Positions 57,954 through 64,000 of a DNA stretch of 64,000 nucleotides are shown here, in pieces. The translations under genes and the position numbers were made by a program. Each line of letters opens with the position of its first letter. The first letter of the stretch is position 1. The stretch comes from Bacteroidia bacterium (GTDB taxonomy: Bacteria; Bacteroidota; Bacteroidia; Bacteroidales; VadinHA17): positions 22,052 to 86,051 of the forward strand of contig JAPLDX010000048.1 of assembly GCA_026391215.1 (NCBI GenBank), given 5' to 3'. The notes under the pieces are model-generated. The model was not told the DNA's origin. It did not search any database and saw only the letters and a list, made by a program, of their open reading frames with translations.

Positions 57954-59375
57954 CTAAACTCCAAAACTCATATTTTTAATAACTTCAAATATAATACTGG
58001 CAAAGCCGGTAATAACAATACCTGCGATACAAATTCCAAGAGCAAGGCGTGTTGGAAAATCACTTCTGAACTTTTCAATCGGTGCCTCATTGTTGTTAAT
58101 GAACATAGCTTTGACCACCAGAAGATAATAGTATAATGATATTATTGTATTCAAAACGGCTATTAATACCAGGATATAGTACCCATTCTGAGCTGCAGCT
58201 GTAAACAGGAAGAACTTACCGAAGAATCCTGCAAAAGGCGGAATTCCGCCAAGAGAGAAAAGTCCCAGGAGCATAACAAGACTTAATCCGGGATTAGTCT
58301 TGTAAAGACCGTTATATTCATCAATATTTTCTTTGCCTTTTGCATTTGATATAGCTGCAACAACTCCAAATACTGCAAGGTTTGAGAAAATATAAACAAG
58401 AATATAATATATCACCGATGCCATTCCAATCTGATTCCCTCCGATCAACCCTACCAGGATGTACCCGGCCTGTGAAATAGAAGAGAATGCCAAAAACCTT
58501 TTTAGATTTTGCTGGCGGATAGCAAACAGGTTACCAATAGTCATTGTCAATACGGCGCTGACATATATAATTTTCTGCCAGGTGATAATAATTAAAGGGA
58601 ATACTGTAAATAGAACTATAATAAAAATAAAGACTGCAGCGCCCTTTGAAATAACTGACAGATACGATGTTATATTAACCGGAGCGCCTTCGTAAACATC
58701 TGCAGTCCATAAATGGAATGGTACTATCGATATCTTAAATGCCATGCCCGAAAAGAAGAAAATAAATCCCAGTATCTGAAGGTTCTCGTTTCCATACAAC
58801 TGTGCCACTTCATTGAAATAGAGTGTTCCTGTTGTACCATAAATCATCGTCAGCCCGTACAGGAGCACCCCTGAAGAAAGAGATGAAATAAGAATGAGCT
58901 TAATACCAGCCTCAGCAGATTTGTTGTTGTACCTTTCGTAGGCAGCAAGAGCAGCAATCGGTATGGTTGCCAGTTCAAGACCAAGGTAGAACATAAGAAA
59001 ATGACCTGCCGATATCATGAAATTCATACCTATAAGCGTCGAAACAAGAAGGATAAAATATTCACTTATCTTATCATGGTTTTCATCTTTATTAAGCCAG
59101 GTCACGGATTGAATCAGAACAAGCAAAGATCCGATATTAAGGATATTTTTCATGATCAGCCTGGTATTGTTCACTTCATACATTCCTCCGAAAAGTGTCC
59201 CTGTCGGGGATGGCAGAAAACCGACTATAGTGATTACTGCAAACAGGACTATTGAAAACAAACTAATGGATTTCCTGCTTTTGGAACTTGCGAAAATTTC
59301 CACGATCAGAATCAGTAAAGCCGCTACTACCAGAAGAAGCTCATGCCGCATTAATGAAAAATTTACCAGGTTCAT
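57954..59375 (-). CDS. nuoN: NADH-quinone oxidoreductase subunit N
   Basis: GLELATIP, EAGIKL, FKISIVPFHLWTADVYEGAP, KRFLAFSSISQAGY and GIPPFAGFFGKF. Confidence 0.95.
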   Translation of the reverse strand: MNLVNFSLMRHELLLVVAALLILIVEIFASSKSRKSISLFSIVLFAVITIVGFLPSPTGTLFGGMYEVNNTRLIMKNILNIGSLLVLIQSVTWLNKDENHDKISEYFILLVSTLIGMNFMISAGHFLMFYLGLELATIPIAALAAYERYNNKSAEAGIKLILISSLSSGVLLYGLTMIYGTTGTLYFNEVAQLYGNENLQILGFIFFFSGMAFKISIVPFHLWTADVYEGAPVNITSYLSVISKGAAVFIFIIVLFTVFPLIIITWQKIIYVSAVLTMTIGNLFAIRQQNLKRFLAFSSISQAGYILVGLIGGNQIGMASVIYYILVYIFSNLAVFGVVAAISNAKGKENIDEYNGLYKTNPGLSLVMLLGLFSLGGIPPFAGFFGKFFLFTAAAQNGYYILVLIAVLNTIISLYYYLLVVKAMFINNNEAPIEKFRSDFPTRLALGICIAGIVITGFASIIFEVIKNMSFGV

Positions 59376-59439
59376 GATAATATTTTGTGCGATATAATTG
59401 TTTGTAATTCAGTCATAACTGTTTGGCATTTTCAGGGTT

Positions 59440-60945
59440 TTAAAACGGATTCAATGCAAGTATTTTACTTATTATAGGCTGCAGGCTGCCTCTGATCATT
59501 GAAGAAAGCCAGAAAGGAGCCAGTCCGATAAATACAATAAAGCTTATAAGAGTTATTGTAGATACCTTCTCATACCATTTTGCATCGGTCAGATGCTCAT
59601 AATGCTCATTTGTTGCCGGACCCAGAAGAAGTATCGCAATTACTCTCAATATGTATACCGCTGTTATCACAATTGAAGTAATTGCAATAATGGTCATAAT
59701 CCTGTGGAACAGATCCGGATGCTGAAAAGCCCCTGCAAATATTGTCATTTCAGCAACAAATCCGCTGAAGCCCGGAAGTCCCAGAGAAGCCAGTCCGGCA
59801 ATTACATAACAAACTGACAGGAAAGGTATTACTTTCATCAATCCGCCCATTTCATTTATCAGTCTTGTATGAGTCCGGCTATAAATCATCCCGATAAGGG
59901 CAAAGAATAAAGCTGTCATGAGTCCATGGGATATCATCTGGATAATTGCCCCGTTCATTGCTGTTTGGTTCATCATCAGGATTGCAAACAGCACCAGTCC
60001 GCAATGGCTCACCGAAGAATAAGCATTGATGTATTTGAGGTCCTTTTGCACTATGGCGCTAAAAGCTCCGTAAACCACGCTTATTGTAGTGAGAATGATG
60101 AATATCCATGCTAGTTCGTGGGCAGCTTCAGGCATGAGGAACATTGCAACTCTGAAAGCGCCATAGCCCCCAAGTTTCATTAACACTCCTGCATGGAGCA
60201 TTGAAACTGCAGTCGGGGCTGATGAATGACCGTCGGGTGACCATGTGTGGAAGGGAAATAATGCACCAAGCACTCCAAAACCGACAAATGTCAGCGGGAA
60301 AAATATGTACTGAGCCTTCATCGGGATTTTGATCCTGGAGATCTCAAGAATATTAAACGACATCTGCCCACCGTCAGGAGCCGAGTTAAAATGAATTCCC
60401 AGAATCCCTACAAGAATAAGGGCTGAAGCGCCCATAAGCATCAGGGTGAGCTTCATGGCAGAATACTCCTTGGGTCCGCTTCCCCAGATCCCTATCAGCA
60501 AATACATCGGAATGACTGCAAGCTCATAAAAGAGGAACATTGTGAACAGGTCGATTGAAATGAAAAAACCGAAAACACCTGTTGCGAGAAGTATCAGCGA
60601 TATAAAGAATTCTTTAGTAAGAAATTCCAATTCCCAGGATGCAAAGATCCCTGCAAATACAACTATCGATGTCAGCCCGATCATTGCCACGGAAATACCA
60701 TCCACACCAACGGCGTAGTGAATATTGAGGCTCTTAAACCAGACGATATCCTTGATGAACAGCATTTCAGCCGTATCACCGGCATGACGGGCTGAAACAT
60801 AAAGGAAAATGAGAAGTGCTGATAATAGCAACTGCAGACCCATGCCGATGCTGGCAACGATTTTCACCTGCCGCATATCCTTTATCAGCACGATTCCGGT
60901 TATCGTCAGGACCGGGATTAAAACAAATAATGATAATATATTCAT
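59440..60945 (-). CDS. nuoM: NADH-quinone oxidoreductase subunit M
   Basis: GVDGIS, FYELAVIPMY, FPFHTWSPDGH, LMKLGGYG, AYSSVSH and GLPGFSGFVAE. Confidence 0.95.
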   Translation of the reverse strand: MNILSLFVLIPVLTITGIVLIKDMRQVKIVASIGMGLQLLLSALLIFLYVSARHAGDTAEMLFIKDIVWFKSLNIHYAVGVDGISVAMIGLTSIVVFAGIFASWELEFLTKEFFISLILLATGVFGFFISIDLFTMFLFYELAVIPMYLLIGIWGSGPKEYSAMKLTLMLMGASALILVGILGIHFNSAPDGGQMSFNILEISRIKIPMKAQYIFFPLTFVGFGVLGALFPFHTWSPDGHSSAPTAVSMLHAGVLMKLGGYGAFRVAMFLMPEAAHELAWIFIILTTISVVYGAFSAIVQKDLKYINAYSSVSHCGLVLFAILMMNQTAMNGAIIQMISHGLMTALFFALIGMIYSRTHTRLINEMGGLMKVIPFLSVCYVIAGLASLGLPGFSGFVAEMTIFAGAFQHPDLFHRIMTIIAITSIVITAVYILRVIAILLLGPATNEHYEHLTDAKWYEKVSTITLISFIVFIGLAPFWLSSMIRGSLQPIISKILALNPF

Positions 60946-60968
60946 ATTTTACAACTCGTTCTTTCTTA

Positions 60969-62888
60969 CTAATGCCACAGATAGATAAATATCACTGCCA
61001 GCAGTATTGCGCCTGATATAAAAACATAAACATATTTCTGAAGCTGGCCCGACTGGAAGCCTCTTATCCTGAATGAGACAGCCTGCGTTACCGTGGCAAT
61101 TGCATTCATAGTACCATCTACAATATGCCTGTCAAACCAGGCGACCGGTTCTGAAATATATCTGAAGATTATCTTTTTCGTAATGAAAAGATAGATTTCA
61201 TCAATATAGAATTTGTTATATGCCCATTTATATGTGTATTTAAATGTAGCAGCCAGCCTGTCAGGGAGTGAGCTCTTTTTGCCGTAAAAGATATAAGCAA
61301 TTCCTATTCCCAGCAGTCCGATCAGAACAGAAGGCACTGCAATACCCCATTCAATCTCTGACTCAAATGCTTTACTATCGGATGTTACAAGCTTATTAAA
61401 AGGGATTATGCCTGAGACTGCAGCTCCGATTGCGAGTACTATAAGCGGTATGGTCATTGTTACAGGAGCTTCATGAGGAGTGTGTTCATAACGGGTATCT
61501 TCTCCCCAGAAGATATTGAAATAAAGCCTGAACATATAAAATGCGGTAATACCTGCAACGGCATACTCAATAGCAAACAGGATCTTATTATGGCTGAAAG
61601 CAGCTGCGAGTATTTCATCTTTGCTGAAGAAGCCTGAGAAAGGAGGTATTCCTGAGATAGTCAGGCATGCAATAAGAAATGTTATATGAGTGATTGGCAG
61701 GTATTTGCGCAATCCTCCCATATCGTTCATGTAATTGCTGTGAACGGCATGAATTATTGCACCTGCACCAAGGAACAGTAATGCTTTGAACATTGCATGT
61801 GTGAAAAGATGGAACATTGATGCCATGTACCCTAATCCTTCATGCCCGCCATAGCCTGAAACTCCAAGGGCAAGCATCATATAACCTATCTGTGAAATTG
61901 TTGAATAAGCCAGAACACGTTTTATATCAGTCTGTGTACATGCGATCACCGCTGCAAAGAGAGATGAAAATGCACCCACATATGCAACAACATCAAGAGC
62001 CGCCGGGGCTGCTAATGCATAAATCGGGAACATCCTTGCTACCAGGTAGACACCTGCCACCACCATCGTGGCAGCATGGATAAGAGCTGAAACAGGAGTT
62101 GGGCCTTCCATTGCATCGGGTAGCCAGATGTGGAACGGGAACATAGCCGATTTGCCTACACCGCCCATGTACACAAATATCATCGACCATGTCATTACCG
62201 AAAGTCCCATGAAGCTGATGCCGCTTCCCTGAGCAATAGCAGGTCCGGCAGGGTCGGTAAGCGTTATGAAATCAAGAGTCTTTGTATTAAAAGAAAGTAT
62301 AAGGATACCTATCAGAAATCCCATGTCGGCAAACCTGGTGACTATAAATGCTTTCTTTGAAGCTTTTACTGCGGAAGGCTTCTGATAATAGAATCCGATA
62401 AGGAGATAAGATGAAATACCGACAAGTTCCCAAAAGATATACATCTCGAAGATGTTTGTGGAGAGAACAAGTCCGAGCATCGAAAAGGAGAAGAGAGAAA
62501 GGAAAGCATAGTAGCGCTCAAAGCCTTTTTCTCCCTTCATATAACCAAGACTGTAGATATGAACCATAAAGGATACAGTGGTTATTACTATCAGCATCAT
62601 TACTGATATCGGATCAATAAGGACACCTATATCAATATGCAGGTCATCAGTTAACTGCAGCCATGTTGCATTATACGCAATTATCTTTTGAAAAGCACCG
62701 TCGATCTTTTCTGTCTGAAAGAAATATAAATAAGCCGTTATGTAGGAAAGCGCTGTAATAACAGCTAATCCCGAGGTACCAAGCAATCCTGATAACTTTG
62801 GTTTCAGCTTGTGTCCTGCCAGACCAAGCAGGATAAACATAAGAAATGGGATGAGAAGTATCCAGACTGTATATGTAAATGTAACCAT
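60969..62888 (-). CDS. nuoL: NADH-quinone oxidoreductase subunit L
   Basis: FWELVGISSYLLIGF, GKSAMFPFHIWLPDAMEGPTPVSALIHAATMV, HLFTHAMFKALLFL and FSGFFSKD. Confidence 0.96.
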   Translation of the reverse strand: MVTFTYTVWILLIPFLMFILLGLAGHKLKPKLSGLLGTSGLAVITALSYITAYLYFFQTEKIDGAFQKIIAYNATWLQLTDDLHIDIGVLIDPISVMMLIVITTVSFMVHIYSLGYMKGEKGFERYYAFLSLFSFSMLGLVLSTNIFEMYIFWELVGISSYLLIGFYYQKPSAVKASKKAFIVTRFADMGFLIGILILSFNTKTLDFITLTDPAGPAIAQGSGISFMGLSVMTWSMIFVYMGGVGKSAMFPFHIWLPDAMEGPTPVSALIHAATMVVAGVYLVARMFPIYALAAPAALDVVAYVGAFSSLFAAVIACTQTDIKRVLAYSTISQIGYMMLALGVSGYGGHEGLGYMASMFHLFTHAMFKALLFLGAGAIIHAVHSNYMNDMGGLRKYLPITHITFLIACLTISGIPPFSGFFSKDEILAAAFSHNKILFAIEYAVAGITAFYMFRLYFNIFWGEDTRYEHTPHEAPVTMTIPLIVLAIGAAVSGIIPFNKLVTSDSKAFESEIEWGIAVPSVLIGLLGIGIAYIFYGKKSSLPDRLAATFKYTYKWAYNKFYIDEIYLFITKKIIFRYISEPVAWFDRHIVDGTMNAIATVTQAVSFRIRGFQSGQLQKYVYVFISGAILLAVIFIYLWH

Positions 62889-62916
62889 AAGGCTAGTCTA
62901 AGTTGAATTATATATA

Positions 62917-63234
62917 TCAATATCTCATTGTATCAACATCTTCAACATTGATTGTTGTAAACCGCCTGTAAATATTAATTATTATTGCTATAGCTACTGC
63001 AGCCTCTGACGCAGCCACAGCAATCACAAAAAGAGAGAAGAAGAACCCTTCAAGTTTATGTGGATACAGGTATCTGTTGTAAGCCACAAAATTAATATTG
63101 ACTGAATTGAGTATTAATTCAACAGACATAAGTATTGTTATAAGATTCCTTCGTGTAAGAAAGCCATAGACACCGGCAAAAAACATTATTGCGGCAAGGA
63201 TCAGAAAATAGATTAAAGGTACTCCTGTATTCAT
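62917..63234 (-). CDS. nuoK: NADH-quinone oxidoreductase subunit K
   Basis: RRNLITILMSVELILNSVNINFV and VAASEAAVAIAII. The start at 63234 follows the nuoJ stop. Confidence 0.93.
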   Translation of the reverse strand: MNTGVPLIYFLILAAIMFFAGVYGFLTRRNLITILMSVELILNSVNINFVAYNRYLYPHKLEGFFFSLFVIAVAASEAAVAIAIIINIYRRFTTINVEDVDTMRY

Positions 63235-63235
63235 T

Positions 63236-63778
63236 TTATTCTTGTTTAGTTGTTTGGGGATCAGGATTTTTGGGGCCTGCTTTTTTCGCAATTACAATTG
63301 CTGCGACCATTGCTGCCAGAAGCAATATTGAAATCACTTCAAACGGCAGGATATAACCATTTTTACCTACAGACAAAAGAGAGTTACCCACCAGGCGCAT
63401 ATTGACCTCTTTAGCGGCTTCGGCTGTAGCTGAAAACTTAAAATCAAGAATCGTGATTATTGTAACAAATGCTCCTGCAATTGAAGCAAGAGCAGAAAAC
63501 AATGCTTTTTTCCATTCTACAGGCTCAAATTTCTGGTTTATCTGGCTTGTAAGAAGAATTGAAAAGATTATAAGCACGACAATACCGCCAGCATAAAGAG
63601 TAAGTTGTACTGCAGCAAGAAACTGGTAATTCAGCATGAAATACAGTCCTGCAGATGCTACCAGTACAAAGAGAAGATAAGCTGCAGCCCTCAGTATTTT
63701 TCTGCTTGTAACTGTCAGTATTGAAAAGACAATAATAACAGCGGAAAAAAGAAAAAACATTATCTGGTTAGCTATCAT
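63236..63778 (-). CDS. nuoJ: NADH-quinone oxidoreductase subunit J
   Basis: AAVQLTLYAGGIVVLIIFSI and YILPFEVISILLLAAMVAAIVIA. Confidence 0.93.
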   Translation of the reverse strand: MIANQIMFFLFSAVIIVFSILTVTSRKILRAAAYLLFVLVASAGLYFMLNYQFLAAVQLTLYAGGIVVLIIFSILLTSQINQKFEPVEWKKALFSALASIAGAFVTIITILDFKFSATAEAAKEVNMRLVGNSLLSVGKNGYILPFEVISILLLAAMVAAIVIAKKAGPKNPDPQTTKQE

Positions 63779-64000
63779 TGGTCAGCTCCTTTCGTTAATT
63801 GAGAACCAGGTTGATTTAATACTTTTGTCAGAAGAGTCTTGTTAAAGACAGCATGTTCAAATTTCGTAGAAAAGGCAAGAGCATTTGAAGGGCAGTTTTT
63901 TACGCACAATCCGCAGAAAGTACATTTGCCTAGCCAATAAATGTGTTTATCAAGTATCTTCTTATTTTTACTGTCTTCAGTTGTAATTGTTTTTGTAACT
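63775..64000 (-). CDS. nuoI: NADH-quinone oxidoreductase subunit I (4Fe-4S), C-terminal part only
   Basis: Manual translation of the minus strand gives ...LGKCTFCGLCVKNCPSNAL...ADQ*. Its TGA overlaps the nuoJ ATG (ATGA). Too short for the ORF track. Confidence 0.88.
   Translation of the reverse strand, partial: VTKTITTEDSKNKKILDKHIYWLGKCTFCGLCVKNCPSNALAFSTKFEHAVFNKTLLTKVLNQPGSQLTKGADQ

Noticed and set aside
59372-59416. 14-codon minus-strand ORF (MTELQTIISHKILS) whose TGA overlaps the nuoN ATG
   Set aside because: It could aid translational coupling, but such a short ORF is expected by chance in AT-rich DNA and has no other support.
1-64000. rRNA, tRNA, IS elements, integrases or prophage genes
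   Set aside because: None recognised; intergenic spaces are all under 200 nt and every long ORF is otherwise accounted for.

Overview
Genomic window from a Bacteroidota bacterium, most likely Bacteroidales-like. Support: three T9SS type-A C-terminal sorting domains, TAnnTTTG-type promoter boxes, signal peptides ending just before Gln, and a mutL-rhomboid-rhomboid-EEP cluster. About 50 kb (1-50019, all + strand) is one accessory cell-surface locus. It begins with a 5'-truncated VWA (MIDAS) protein carrying a C-terminal TM anchor. Three paralogous T9SS cargo genes follow, built from 7-bladed FG-GAP/VCBS beta-propellers plus FN3-like, PKD and Ig-like domains, with 2, 17 and 3 propeller units respectively. 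The locus ends with a tightly coupled trio of uncharacterised exported proteins: an outer-membrane beta-barrel fused to two copies of a domain, a stand-alone copy of that domain, and a third signal-peptide protein. The middle cargo is a single reading frame of 10,263 codons (8534-39325, roughly 1.1 MDa, 119 blades) interrupted by one in-frame TAA at 31091-31093, which separates the signal peptide from the T9SS sorting domain. The rest is housekeeping: an EEP lipoprotein, mutL, two rhomboids, an EEP protein, a serine-racemase-like PLP enzyme, a type II NADH dehydrogenase and nuoN-M-L-K-J-I (partial). No rRNA, tRNA, CRISPR array or mobile element was recognised. All family assignments come from motif recognition by eye; no database search was run.
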